Of a stretch of 64,000 nucleotides of DNA, positions 16,928 through 26,651 are shown in pieces; positions within the stretch are counted from its first letter, which is position 1, and every line of letters begins with the position of its first letter. The DNA lies in IMG/VR virus record IMGVR_UViG_3300048930_000242, positions 1-64,000 of that record; one strand, 5' to 3'. Position numbers and translations under genes: made by a program. The notes under the pieces are model-generated. The model worked only from the letters and a program-made list of their open reading frames with translations, was not told the origin of the DNA and searched no databases. Source of the stretch: a virus.

Positions 16928-17353
16928 TTACAATTGTTTACGAGGTCTGTGGTGGACACCGATCTTGTACTTCGGAGTCAGGTACCAGTCGTCTTTCTCG
17001 GCCGTCTTGACGATCTTGATCTTGCTCTTGTCGATCCGATCCATCGTAGGAAAGTCCTCGGTCACAACGGTCAGTAGACCCCAGGACTCGAGCATCTCGG
17101 CAATCGTGTTCCTCCGAGCGAAGTCCTCTTCGGTCGCGTTGACCTCGAGGCCGTCCAGAGCCAGAAGCTCCTTGAAGTGTGTGATGTAGTACTTTCCTCG
17201 CTTATGGAGGATATGGCAGGACTGGAAAAGCTCTTTGAACTCGTCGGTTACTTTCGGGATCCCAATCCTGGTCAGAGTTTCAGCGATCATCAAGAACTGA
17301 TGCGGGTGGTCAATGGTCACTTCAATGCGTAGTAGTTCATTCTTATTCTTCAT
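16928..17353 (-). CDS. regA: Translational repressor
   Basis: ETLTRIGI, LFQSCHILHKRGKYYITHFKELLALDG, RRNTIA..L..WGL, PKYKIG. Confidence 0.97.
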   Translation of the reverse strand: MKNKNELLRIEVTIDHPHQFLMIAETLTRIGIPKVTDEFKELFQSCHILHKRGKYYITHFKELLALDGLEVNATEEDFARRNTIAEMLESWGLLTVVTEDFPTMDRIDKSKIKIVKTAEKDDWYLTPKYKIGVHHRPRKQL

Positions 17354-17751
17354 ACTCCACCTTGGTCAAGTCTGGCTAACAATTTCTGCAGTTGTGATTT
17401 ATCTAACAACTTAGAAAGTTCGCTAGCCCTTCGACTCGGCCAACCCAGGAGTTGGGTGGCGATCTTGACCAAGTCCTCTTCTTGCTTCGGCTTCTTTGCC
17501 CACTTCCCGAACCGCCTCTTCGCCGGAAGAGCGTGGAGGTAGAACTGGTAGATGGCCTCCGGAGGCGCGCCGAAGATCCGGTTCGCCTCATTGGCATAGA
17601 AGATCGAGTCGAGGTGTTGGCTGAAAGCTACATTGGTGACCCATGGAGAAAAGGCCTTAATGGCCTCCGGAGTAGTCAGCAAGTCCTGCTTGCTGGAACC
17701 CAGAGCATCAAGGAAGTCGAATAGCGCCGGAACCTTCGTCTCTTCGGTCAT
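17350..17751 (-). CDS. gp62: Clamp loader small subunit
   Basis: LFDFL, SQHLDSIFYANE, KRRFGKWAK; synteny. Confidence 0.9.
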   Translation of the reverse strand: MTEETKVPALFDFLDALGSSKQDLLTTPEAIKAFSPWVTNVAFSQHLDSIFYANEANRIFGAPPEAIYQFYLHALPAKRRFGKWAKKPKQEEDLVKIATQLLGWPSRRASELSKLLDKSQLQKLLARLDQGGV

Positions 17752-17761
17752 AGATCACCTC

Positions 17762-18721
17762 TCAGACGAACCGGCATTCGATCATCAGGGCGACACAGCA
17801 AGCCACCGAATTGATGATCTGATTCGCCACGAAAGCCGACTTGTACTGGTAGTCCGCAATGGTTAGCACGGCGGTTGGGATCGTCGCTGGCTCGACAAAC
17901 TTCTTCAAGCCAGAATAGAGACCTTCGAAGAGTTCGGCAGGTGACATGTCCGAGTTGTCCTCGAAGAACTGGCGGATCGACTTGAAGTCCTTGGCCTTCA
18001 TGTACCCAAACAGCGCCTCGGTCTTAATCGAAGAGACGCAGGACATGATGCCAGAATCGATCGAGCCGTTACGAAGCGAGTAGGCCTGGAGTTCGTTCAG
18101 CGCCCGACGAAAGTCCGGGAAGAACTTCTTGATGACACCGGCGACCGCGGCTCCGTTGAAAGTGATTCTCTCGGCATTGAGAATCTCAGTTGCTCGACCG
18201 TAGAATTCCTTGGCCATCTGGACCGATTCCTCTGGAGTGAACCGGAAAGGAACTGTCGTGAACCTGGATCGAAGCGGCTCGATGATCTTCGATGCGTAGT
18301 TACAGGTGAAGATGAATCGAGCAGTCTTGGCGAATTCCTCGATGACTCCACGGAAAGCCGGCTGGGTGGAGTTGACATTAAGGTAGTCGGCCTCGTCGAT
18401 GATGATCACCTTGTGCTTCGCATCCGAGACCAGTGAGCCAACCGAAGCGAACTGACGAATCTTTGTCCGCAGAGTGTCAATGCCGGACTCGTCGGAGCCG
18501 TTGATCACGATGTAGTCCGATCCGATCTCTTCGCAGAGAGCTTTGGCGATCGTGGTCTTTCCACAACCAGGAGGGCCTTCAATGAGCATGTTCTGGACCG
18601 CTCGGTTGTCGACCATCTTCTGGAATGGCTCTTTGATCCGAGGAGGGAGAACCGTGTCGGCCACCGTCTTCGGACGGTAATCTTCAACGAATGCCTCGGT
18701 GGTGTTCGTGCGAATAACCAT
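17762..18721 (-). CDS. gp44: Clamp loader ATPase
   Basis: YRP, GPPGCGKTT, INGSDE, IIDEAD, FIFTCN, PLRSR, PDFRR. Confidence 0.97.
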   Translation of the reverse strand: MVIRTNTTEAFVEDYRPKTVADTVLPPRIKEPFQKMVDNRAVQNMLIEGPPGCGKTTIAKALCEEIGSDYIVINGSDESGIDTLRTKIRQFASVGSLVSDAKHKVIIIDEADYLNVNSTQPAFRGVIEEFAKTARFIFTCNYASKIIEPLRSRFTTVPFRFTPEESVQMAKEFYGRATEILNAERITFNGAAVAGVIKKFFPDFRRALNELQAYSLRNGSIDSGIMSCVSSIKTEALFGYMKAKDFKSIRQFFEDNSDMSPAELFEGLYSGLKKFVEPATIPTAVLTIADYQYKSAFVANQIINSVACCVALMIECRFV

Positions 18722-18737
18722 AATGAAGTTGTTCCTC

Positions 18738-18995
18738 TCAGGCGAGTTTAAGGCTGAAGAAATTTCCGGCGATGTTGTTGGTGATTCGCACTTCTACTGC
18801 GGTCTTGGCCGGAGGAGTCACGTAGAGCGAATTGCCTCGCTTCTTCACCTCGACCTTGCAATCCCATTCATCCCACCAATACATGCCTGGCTCAGAAGGA
18901 ATGCCGGTCCTTGCGGACCGGCCCCGAAACATCGTCGGCATCTTATTCCTTCTAGGAGGCCAGAGTTTGATCATCTGCTTCCTTGAAAGAGCCAT
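18738..18995 (-). CDS. Basic hypothetical protein
   Basis: ORF between gp45 and gp44. Confidence 0.55.
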   Translation of the reverse strand: MALSRKQMIKLWPPRRNKMPTMFRGRSARTGIPSEPGMYWWDEWDCKVEVKKRGNSLYVTPPAKTAVEVRITNNIAGNFFSLKLA

Positions 18996-18996
18996 T

Positions 18997-19677
18997 TCAG
19001 GACACCACGACCGGAGTCCAGTACTTCAGAACCTTGCCATTACCAAGAACGGTCTTGAACTCGGCGATGCCCCGGAGCGAGATCGAGACGGTATAGGTGG
19101 CCGGCACGAAGCGGAAGTTCTCGACCTTGAAAGAGAACGACTTTCCGTCACCAGGAGACTTCTGAGCCTCGAGCTCGATCTCGAAAGTGTTCGGATTGCC
19201 GTCGTTCTTTGCCGCCTCGGCGCAGAGAAGAACGGCATCGGAACCCTTGGTACGGAAGGCGATGTCGCCGACACCGATAGTCCGCGCAGCATTCAAGATG
19301 CCAGTCATCTGCTCCTTGGTGATCTCGACGACCAAGTCCGGAGGCGGAATGTTGGCGCTCTTCTTCGGAGCCTCGACGAGGTCCTTGGAACAGAAGGCGT
19401 AGTTCGCCTTTCGCTTTCCGGTCAAACTGGTGATCTTGACGGCATTCGAAGAGAAGTCGAAGTCGGCCGAGTCTCCGATCAGGCCAACGGTGGCCAGGAA
19501 CGAGCGAAGGTCGTAGATGTGGAACTCTGGGAGCTGCTCATCGATCTCGCAATGGGCGACAAGATCTTTCAGAGGAGTCTGGGTGCGAAGAACTTGACCT
19601 TCCCCGTCGAACGTGAATATCGGGTTGATGGCCGAGAAGTTCTTGAGGATCTCGATGGTGAGGGCGCTAATCTGCAT
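18997..19677 (-). CDS. gp45: Sliding clamp
   Basis: TIEILKNFSAIN, IYDLRSFL, FKVEN; synteny. Confidence 0.93.
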   Translation of the reverse strand: MQISALTIEILKNFSAINPIFTFDGEGQVLRTQTPLKDLVAHCEIDEQLPEFHIYDLRSFLATVGLIGDSADFDFSSNAVKITSLTGKRKANYAFCSKDLVEAPKKSANIPPPDLVVEITKEQMTGILNAARTIGVGDIAFRTKGSDAVLLCAEAAKNDGNPNTFEIELEAQKSPGDGKSFSFKVENFRFVPATYTVSISLRGIAEFKTVLGNGKVLKYWTPVVVS

Positions 19678-19726
19678 TCTGTTGGATCTCCATGTTGATG
19701 GTGAAGCTTGGACGTTTGTAGGTTAC

Positions 19727-19755
19727 ATCATACCACACTAGAGAGCTGTTGTCCA
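19727..19755 (-). promoter_or_regulatory. Promoter TGGACA-N17-TATGAT for the gp45 operon
   Basis: 17-nt spacer, extended TG. Confidence 0.75.
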
Positions 19756-19762
19756 GCACTTA

Positions 19763-21523
19763 TTACATGATCATCTCTTCCGGCTCCACGACCGTGGTCT
19801 TCGAGATCTTCGAGAAGCCATCCGCCTTACTGATTTCGATGATCTGGTCGACCTGGTTCGAGATGCCATAAGGCTTGTGACTGATCACAACGACCGACTG
19901 GTTCTCTTTGTCCGAGGTCAGAATCTTCATGAAGGCGTCAAAGCCATCGGTGTCCAACGAAGAGTCACCGATCTCGTCAAGGATCAGAAGGTTGCACGAA
20001 GCCGAGTTCGAAAGCCGCGTAATCTCTCGCCAGGTGAACAGGAGAGCCAGGTCGATTCTCATCTTCTCGCCGTTCGAAAGGTTGCCGTAGGAGAATTCCT
20101 CGTTGAACCTGGATCGGATCACCTCAGAGAAGTCGTCGTTGAAGGTCATCTGGACCGGGAAGTCCAAGATTTCAAGGTACTTCTTCACCAGCAGGTTGAT
20201 AATCGGAATGTGCTCGGCGATAATCTTGGACTTCACACCTGAATCTCGGAGAAGAGCATCCAATTCCGACATGTCATTGATCTGCTCGATAATCTTCTCC
20301 ATGGAATTCATGAAGGATTCGATTTTGGCAGAGCATTCGGCAGCATCGGCTCGGATTTCATCTAGTTTCGACTGATTCGCATTGGCGATTTCATCGATCT
20401 TCTTCTGGAGATGAGCATTTTCATTATCGAGTGATTTGATCCTCGAATTCAGGTCTCGGATCTTGGTTTGATTCTGGTTGAAAATGTCCATGGTCTTTCT
20501 CAGTGCCGAAATCTGGGAAGAGAATCCATCGCGGTGTTCAATCAATGAACTGATGGCCTTGGACTTCTCTTCTTTCTCAAGACGGATCTTCTCCATGATC
20601 TCTTGCTTGAAGTCCGAGTGAATGTCCTGGCTGCATGTAGGGCAGGTGTCATTGTCATGGAAGAAGGCGAAATCTCGGTCGGCCTTAGTGACCGTGGCCT
20701 CCAAAGTGGTCAAGATCTTGTCGGTCCGGCTGAGGAGATTATTGAACTTCTCGATCTCAGCGGCGGTCTTTGCCGCGCCGTCTTCCTGGAGATCTTCAAA
20801 AACGCCTTGCCGCTCGGCTTCGGCTTCCGTCTTGAGCTGATTGTTATGGTCGATCTTCTCCTGATAGCCGGATGCCGATGTGGTGATCACCGAATCAAGG
20901 TCCTTCAGAGATCGCTTCAACGAAGTCAATTGGACCCGCTTGTTCTCGATGGCTCTGGACGTATCTTCTCTGGTCTGATTGGCCTCGCCGGTTTTTTTCT
21001 TCACGACGTTCAGCATCTGCGAGTATACGCCAAGGCTCAGGATGTCCTCGATGACTGATCGACGCTCCCATGTCTTGAGGCTCATGAACGGCACGAATGA
21101 AGTCGACCCAAGGATCACGAGCTGTCGGAAAGTACGCTCGTCCATTCGGAGCACGGTCGACTCGAGCCATCCCTGGTAGTCCCAGACCGAAGCATCTTGG
21201 TTCTTGAGGACTCCATTGAGGTAGATCTCGAAGGTGTTCGGTCGAATGCCGCGAACGATCTTCACCGGCTTACCGTCGGCCAGAAGCTCGACCTCGACGA
21301 CCGTGTTCTTGCCATTGGTCGTGTTGATCAATCCGTCCTTGTTGATCTTCCGGAATGGCTTGCCGTATAGGCCGAAGTAAAGCGCCTCATAGAATGCCGA
21401 CTTACCATCTCCATTCTTGCCGATGATCAGCGAAATTTGACCGTCTTTGAACTCCATCTCCGTCCAGGCATTGCCGAAAGACAGAAGATTCTTGAATCTG
21501 ATTCTTAGGATCTTGAGTCTCAT
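19763..21523 (-). CDS. gp46: Rad50/SbcC-like recombination ATPase
   Basis: KNLLSFGN, GKNGDGKS, CPTC hook, LSNGE, LILDE, VISH. Confidence 0.97.
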   Translation of the reverse strand: MRLKILRIRFKNLLSFGNAWTEMEFKDGQISLIIGKNGDGKSAFYEALYFGLYGKPFRKINKDGLINTTNGKNTVVEVELLADGKPVKIVRGIRPNTFEIYLNGVLKNQDASVWDYQGWLESTVLRMDERTFRQLVILGSTSFVPFMSLKTWERRSVIEDILSLGVYSQMLNVVKKKTGEANQTREDTSRAIENKRVQLTSLKRSLKDLDSVITTSASGYQEKIDHNNQLKTEAEAERQGVFEDLQEDGAAKTAAEIEKFNNLLSRTDKILTTLEATVTKADRDFAFFHDNDTCPTCSQDIHSDFKQEIMEKIRLEKEEKSKAISSLIEHRDGFSSQISALRKTMDIFNQNQTKIRDLNSRIKSLDNENAHLQKKIDEIANANQSKLDEIRADAAECSAKIESFMNSMEKIIEQINDMSELDALLRDSGVKSKIIAEHIPIINLLVKKYLEILDFPVQMTFNDDFSEVIRSRFNEEFSYGNLSNGEKMRIDLALLFTWREITRLSNSASCNLLILDEIGDSSLDTDGFDAFMKILTSDKENQSVVVISHKPYGISNQVDQIIEISKADGFSKISKTTVVEPEEMIM

Positions 21524-22605
21524 TCAAACGCTCCGGAAAGGGCTTCTGTGTAGATCTCGTTGGCGTAACTCTTTAGTCGGTTTGCCTTGTTCTGGTCCAT
21601 GCTAAACTTCGAGTCGATCTCGTCGAGAAGAGCGGTGAGAGGGTCCTTATGAGAGATCTTCTCGAGCGCCTGAACTTCGTCTGTCGAGTTCAGCGAGGTC
21701 GAGTCGACGATAGTGAAGCTGTTCGGCTCGACAGCCCGGATTGCCTTCGAGATCGCCTCGATGACGTCCGGACGATCGCCGTTCATGATGATCAGCTTGA
21801 CGAACTTGTCTTTCAGATAGAAGAAGTTCATATCGGCCAGCTGGGACCGATTCACCTTGCTCGAGTCCAGAAGGATCTTATGATGAAGCTTACTCTCGTT
21901 TTCGAACCAAGTCTCTCTGGCCTCCCCTACAGCCTCGGTGTCGAGGAGCATGACGAACTTCGGATCGGAAGCATCCGACCAGATGATGTCATACGGCGTG
22001 CCGACATAGCAAATGTTACGCTTTCTGGAATGAGTATGGAAGTGGCCGGAATAGACTTGCTCGAACCGACCAAGGAAGTCTGGGTTCGCTCCGTGTTCGC
22101 ACGGCATTCCTCGGTACATGTCATAGCCAGAGAGCTCAAAATGGCCGAAGCAGAATCGAGAGGCCGACTTTTCAACCGCCGAATAGACCTCGTCATGGTT
22201 GTCGGCGCAGACCCATGGGATGATCAGGCCGGCCTCGGTCTCTTCAGGTCGATCGAAGAGCCGCATCTTGCCGGATTGGATCAGATCACTGAACGACTGA
22301 GCGATGCCGTTCACCTCCAAGGTGTTCCGATAGTAGGTGTCGTGATTGCCAACCAAGACCCAAAACGGAATCCCGAAGTCGTGAACGATTGGGTTGATGA
22401 AGTCTTTCCGAGCACGGTCAAGCGTAGAGAAGTTAGCGAACTTCCGACGATCAAGAAGGTCGCCGAGTTGAAGCACTACGTCGGGCTTGTGTTTCTCTAG
22501 CAACGGAAAGAATCGGTCTTTATAGAATCGCATGAAATGGTCAAGAACGACCGCATTGTCGCCCCTCGCACCAATATGCGTGTCTCCAAGCAGCATTATC
22601 TTCAT
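21520..22605 (-). CDS. gp47: Mre11/SbcD-like nuclease
   Basis: GDTHIG, GDLLDRR, GNHD, GHFE, SGHFH. Confidence 0.97.
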   Translation of the reverse strand: MKIMLLGDTHIGARGDNAVVLDHFMRFYKDRFFPLLEKHKPDVVLQLGDLLDRRKFANFSTLDRARKDFINPIVHDFGIPFWVLVGNHDTYYRNTLEVNGIAQSFSDLIQSGKMRLFDRPEETEAGLIIPWVCADNHDEVYSAVEKSASRFCFGHFELSGYDMYRGMPCEHGANPDFLGRFEQVYSGHFHTHSRKRNICYVGTPYDIIWSDASDPKFVMLLDTEAVGEARETWFENESKLHHKILLDSSKVNRSQLADMNFFYLKDKFVKLIIMNGDRPDVIEAISKAIRAVEPNSFTIVDSTSLNSTDEVQALEKISHKDPLTALLDEIDSKFSMDQNKANRLKSYANEIYTEALSGAFE

Positions 22606-23213
22606 TCTGAATCAACTACCTCTGGTTCAATATCAAAGGAGATAATGGCTTCTCCGAGTTCGATTTCAACCGGCTTTTCTTTCTTCTTCCGGCGCATCTG
22701 ACGAACCGGCTCTTCTGGCCACTCTTCCTTCACTCCGAAAGTCATCTCTCGTTCGCTCATTCGACCGGCAAACGCAGTATACATGCCTTCTTCGACAGCC
22801 TCAAGGTTGTCACCACCATTCTTCAAGGCCTCTTCAAACAGAGTCTCTATTCCATGGCGTCTGGCCACTTCATGTCGCTTCAGGTACTCGAATTTCTCTT
22901 CGCCGATGACCTTCATACAGGCGTAGAAGGCGATCGTACTGAAGTAGCCGAATGGCTTTCCGTACTGAGGGTCCCAGTTGTTGATGTACCGAATGCAGTT
23001 CTCAACAGCTTGCGACGTCATGTCATCACGGATTGGCTTGAACTTCATGAACTTTGGGTGCTTGACCACGTTCTTGCCGATCAGCAGGATGGCGGCCGCA
23101 ATGGAGTTCGGGATTTTGTGATTCGGGTCGGTCTGACGCTTCTCGCGGAACAGAAGCATGTCGTTATAGAAGGCCTCGGCGTCTACATAATGAATAGGTG
23201 TTTTTTCTTCCAT
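22602..23213 (-). CDS. gp55: Late-transcription sigma factor
   Basis: HYVD..F, DDM...AVENCIRYINNWDP, PFGYFS.I; start trimmed to MEEKTP. Confidence 0.9.
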   Translation of the reverse strand: MEEKTPIHYVDAEAFYNDMLLFREKRQTDPNHKIPNSIAAAILLIGKNVVKHPKFMKFKPIRDDMTSQAVENCIRYINNWDPQYGKPFGYFSTIAFYACMKVIGEEKFEYLKRHEVARRHGIETLFEEALKNGGDNLEAVEEGMYTAFAGRMSEREMTFGVKEEWPEEPVRQMRRKKKEKPVEIELGEAIISFDIEPEVVDSE

Positions 23214-23242
23214 GGTACCTCGGCTGGAGTTGCTGACGATAC

Positions 23243-23271
23243 ATTGTAACACATCTCTCGACGAAAGTAAA
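23243..23271 (-). promoter_or_regulatory. Promoter TTTACT-N17-TACAAT for gp55-47-46
   Basis: 17-nt spacer, extended TG. Confidence 0.7.
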
Positions 23272-23308
23272 CAGTCGAAGGCTGTTACAATCTGTTACAC
23301 AAAAAGAC

Positions 23309-23337
23309 TGGACAAGGAGCACTTCCTAGGGTACAAT
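23309..23337 (+). promoter_or_regulatory. Divergent promoter TGGACA-N17-TACAAT with no downstream ORF
   Basis: Same class as the 13835 and 19727 promoters, opposite orientation. Confidence 0.65.
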
Positions 23338-23427
23338 AAAGAAGTACCATACAGACGGAGGAATATCTAGAGGAAGCTAAAGCTCCGTCAGAACGAGACC
23401 AGCGAAGCTGGGGAGCGAAGCGACCAA

Positions 23428-23802
23428 CTATTCCTCTTCCAGGATGTCCTTGGACAAAGGACCATGAGGCGACCAGAGCGACTCCGAACTATGCTGGTCC
23501 GGAGCGACTCTCATTGTGCCATCGCTCATGATGAAGACGTCGATGAACTTGATGTAGTTTAGGTTAAGATTCGACAGCGCATCGTTTAGATCATCGGCGT
23601 CTTTTGGTGTGTGGCCGTCATAATAGGCCTCCAGAGCGTAGACCGCATCTCGGAGCTGTCGATCGTCGATTCTGATTCCGCAAGGAACATTCAGTCTCTT
23701 GAGAATTTGAGGCTCTTTCTCCACCAGTGGTCTCTTAGTGTCTCTTCTTGAAAGGAGTGACCGATCCGGAGGTCTTCTCTTTCTTGGCCGAGTCTTTTGC
23801 AT
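23428..23802 (-). CDS. Hypothetical protein (start uncertain)
   Basis: ORF; overlaps the upstream gene. Confidence 0.5.
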   Translation of the reverse strand: MQKTRPRKRRPPDRSLLSRRDTKRPLVEKEPQILKRLNVPCGIRIDDRQLRDAVYALEAYYDGHTPKDADDLNDALSNLNLNYIKFIDVFIMSDGTMRVAPDQHSSESLWSPHGPLSKDILEEE

Positions 23803-24109
23803 GCTGCTCTTCCTTTTGTTCCTTCACGCTCTTCGACTCTTCTCGGTAGATGTCGATCAAGTGATTAGACGGAGCCATGACGCAGATCACGTGTTGCTTT
23901 GGAATAGAGACTGTCGTGGTCACCGAATATGCCGTGAAACTAATCAAGGCCAGCTGTGACAGAATCTTGTTTGAATCTTCATCATCGATGAAATTCTCTT
24001 GAAGAGTGAATGGATCTTCAACCTCCCAAAACATTCCATTGTCTTTCGTCATTCCGACGATTCTCTCGCCGGATACAAGACAAAGAATCATTGCGGTTTG
24101 TTCAGTCAT
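23735..24109 (-). CDS. Conserved T4-like hypothetical protein downstream of uvsW (Sm-like)
   Basis: LVSGERIVG..EDP..IPKQHVI; synteny. Confidence 0.7.
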   Translation of the reverse strand: MTEQTAMILCLVSGERIVGMTKDNGMFWEVEDPFTLQENFIDDEDSNKILSQLALISFTAYSVTTTVSIPKQHVICVMAPSNHLIDIYREESKSVKEQKEEQHAKDSAKKEKTSGSVTPFKKRH

Positions 24110-25639
24110 TCACTGTTCCTCCAGGTTGATTTCAAGAATCTTGGAATCGAATTTCTCTGCATCATATATCTTTGCACGCTCAAAGAAGTGTTTCATCGCG
24201 TGGTTCATCTTCATGGTCTTCGGCGTGGTCTTTGAGAAGTTGTCAATGATGTCCCAGAGGGTGACTTCCTTCTTCGTCTTCGAGACACGAAGACCTCGGC
24301 CGATCGACTGGAGCAGCCGGATCTTAGACTTCACCGGTGCGGCCAGCACGACATGGTCAATCTGCTTGATCGAGACGCCAGTCGAAAGGATTCCGTAGGT
24401 CGCAACGAAGACACCGTCATCGATCGTCTCGAGTAGATTCGAGACCTCGATTCGGGTTTCCAGAGCGTCGTCACCGGTCTTCTTGTAGATGTGGGTCTTG
24501 CCAGCGGATCGGCATTCGGCCTCGATAACCGGGAAGATCTCGTCTCCGTGCTTCTTGTTGAGGAACAGAACCAGCACATTGCCTTTAAGGCGAGACACTA
24601 ACCTGGCAATTCTGTCATTCCGCTGCTTCAATTTCCAGATGAACTTCAATTCGGAATGATAGTCGCCTTTAGAGACCGACCAGAATCTCTCGGTCTCTTC
24701 TTCTCCGTAGTTGAAGACCGTGTTCTTGATATGGAGCTGAGCGACGATTCCTTTCTCCATCAGCTCATTGGTTGATGTGAACCTCTTGACCGGTCCAAAT
24801 GCCGACTCGATCATGAACTGATGAGCCTCGGCGCCGTCCAAGGTTCCGGTCAGAGCGTATCGGTGACCAACTGCCGAACATGCGTCCATCACTTGCTGGA
24901 TCGACTTCGCTTTCGCTCCATGGCCTTCATCCAGAAAGAGAGTTCCGAACTGCTTGAACCATGAAGCTGGCATTCTGAAAATGCTCTGCCATGTTGACAC
25001 GACGATTCTGGAGTCGGTGTCTTTTCCGTGGCCGGCATAGATCTTGTGAACACCGCCTGGGATCGGATCGGCATCCGAATAGGCGAGCATGTCTCGACTC
25101 ATCTGTTCGACAAGCTGAGTGGTCGGCACAATCACTAGGACTTTCCGATCGTCATGAAGAAGCCTCCATCGACTCACCAGATAGATGATCAAGGACTTTC
25201 CAGAGGACGTTGGAGAGAGCAATGTGACCCGCTTATGCTTCACCAGCAAATGAACCGCAATTCGCTGATGATCATACGGGTCTATAGGGTCACCTAGTTC
25301 ATCTCTAAGGTCTTGAGCGTCAATCCAGTCTGCCAGTTCATCCTCGGAGTAAGAGTGATCTAGAAATGATTCTATGACCTCTGAGGTCATTCTAACCTCA
25401 TACCCTTGCTTGGCGAAAAACGAAGCGGCTCTTGGGACTAATCCGGTAGAGAGATTTGGAGACCATTCTGAATAGAGACGGATTTTGCCATCCCAAAGTT
25501 TCGCTTTGAACTTCGGCATGAACTTGTAACCAGGGACCAAGAAAGACAGATGTTCCTCGAGTTCCTTGGCCGCTCCTTGCGAGCAGTCCACGAAACAAGT
25601 CGACTCTGATACTTTCTTGATGAACACCGTCTCGGACAC
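24110..25639 (-). CDS. uvsW: SF2 DNA helicase
   Basis: PGYKFMP..WDGKIRL, SPTSSGKSLI, DEGH, TGTL, STGVSI, QSIGRGLR; GTG start 25639. Confidence 0.96.
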   Translation of the reverse strand: MSETVFIKKVSESTCFVDCSQGAAKELEEHLSFLVPGYKFMPKFKAKLWDGKIRLYSEWSPNLSTGLVPRAASFFAKQGYEVRMTSEVIESFLDHSYSEDELADWIDAQDLRDELGDPIDPYDHQRIAVHLLVKHKRVTLLSPTSSGKSLIIYLVSRWRLLHDDRKVLVIVPTTQLVEQMSRDMLAYSDADPIPGGVHKIYAGHGKDTDSRIVVSTWQSIFRMPASWFKQFGTLFLDEGHGAKAKSIQQVMDACSAVGHRYALTGTLDGAEAHQFMIESAFGPVKRFTSTNELMEKGIVAQLHIKNTVFNYGEEETERFWSVSKGDYHSELKFIWKLKQRNDRIARLVSRLKGNVLVLFLNKKHGDEIFPVIEAECRSAGKTHIYKKTGDDALETRIEVSNLLETIDDGVFVATYGILSTGVSIKQIDHVVLAAPVKSKIRLLQSIGRGLRVSKTKKEVTLWDIIDNFSKTTPKTMKMNHAMKHFFERAKIYDAEKFDSKILEINLEEQ

Positions 25640-26052
25640 TAGTTGCTCCCGGCCTTGAACATCGCCCATTTGATCGCATTGCCCAGATTGAATGAAGCTC
25701 GATTGATGCCGTCCAAGATGCCCTCGATGTACTTCGCCGAGGCCTTCCAATAGGCCAGATTGTCCTCGGCCGCTACTAGCTCCTCGTCGGAGTTCACGTA
25801 GGCCTCGAGTTCCTTCCGGTCAAGGCGAACATCGTATTCACGGATGTACCAGTCATGCTTCTCTTTTCGGATCTTGGCGACACTCTTCTCGGCCGCTCGG
25901 ATCTTCAAGGCAGCGGTGGTGAGGTGGCGGCAGAATTTCTCGTGGAGAGCGATGAAACGAAGAGCCGAAGAATCGGAATCCTTCAGCTCGAAATTGAAAG
26001 CATCCTTGGCCTCTTCTTGGATTGAAGAGAGGAATTTTGGTTCGGTCGACAT
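25639..26052 (-). CDS. uvsY: Recombination mediator
   Basis: Helical 137 aa, YVNSDEE, R.F...NAI.W.MF.AG; synteny. Confidence 0.85.
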   Translation of the reverse strand: MSTEPKFLSSIQEEAKDAFNFELKDSDSSALRFIALHEKFCRHLTTAALKIRAAEKSVAKIRKEKHDWYIREYDVRLDRKELEAYVNSDEELVAAEDNLAYWKASAKYIEGILDGINRASFNLGNAIKWAMFKAGSN

Positions 26053-26095
26053 TGTGACCTCATGATAAGCATTTCACTGTAGTATCTATGCCACT

Positions 26096-26651
26096 TAGTA
26101 CATCACAACCGTGAGTGAAATGTCGTCAGCGGTGTTGTAATAGGCGATCGACTTAGCACCTGGCTTCTTGAAAGTTACAGTGTCTCCGTCTCTGGTCGGA
26201 GTGTAACCATTTCGCTTAAGGAAATCACGAAGCGGATCGGCTGTTCTAACGCTTGACGCGACGCCACTAGTGTGTCTCGATTAATGACTCGAAGACCTTT
26301 CACTAGATTGGCGAGATCGGTCGGATTCTGAACTGTGATCTCTTCAGCGACGAAGTTCTCATATGCCTCTATTTTCATGCTTTCCTCCACGCTGAAGACT
26401 TTCAAGTAGTCATAGAGTTCGTTCCATGACATGATTCGACCGGCTCTGGTGATCCATTCACCGTGACTTCTGTACTCGCCTTTCTCCATCTCGGCCGAAG
26501 AGCGGCTTGGTCCTTGCTTTGGAAAGAACCAGACTTCCAGGAAATTCTCATTCATCCAGATCTCTTTGATCGGATAATTGATGCGGTCGTCGAAGTCATT
26601 ATCCGTAGAAGAGAATCTGAGATTCTTTACAGCTTGTCCGGAGATTCTCAC
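26096..26651 (-). CDS. Hypothetical protein(s), with an internal MKIEAYENFVAE start and a probable frameshift near 26270
   Basis: ORF 26175-26651; the -1 frame continues as RTADPLRDFLKRNGY...VVMY to about 26096. Confidence 0.5.
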
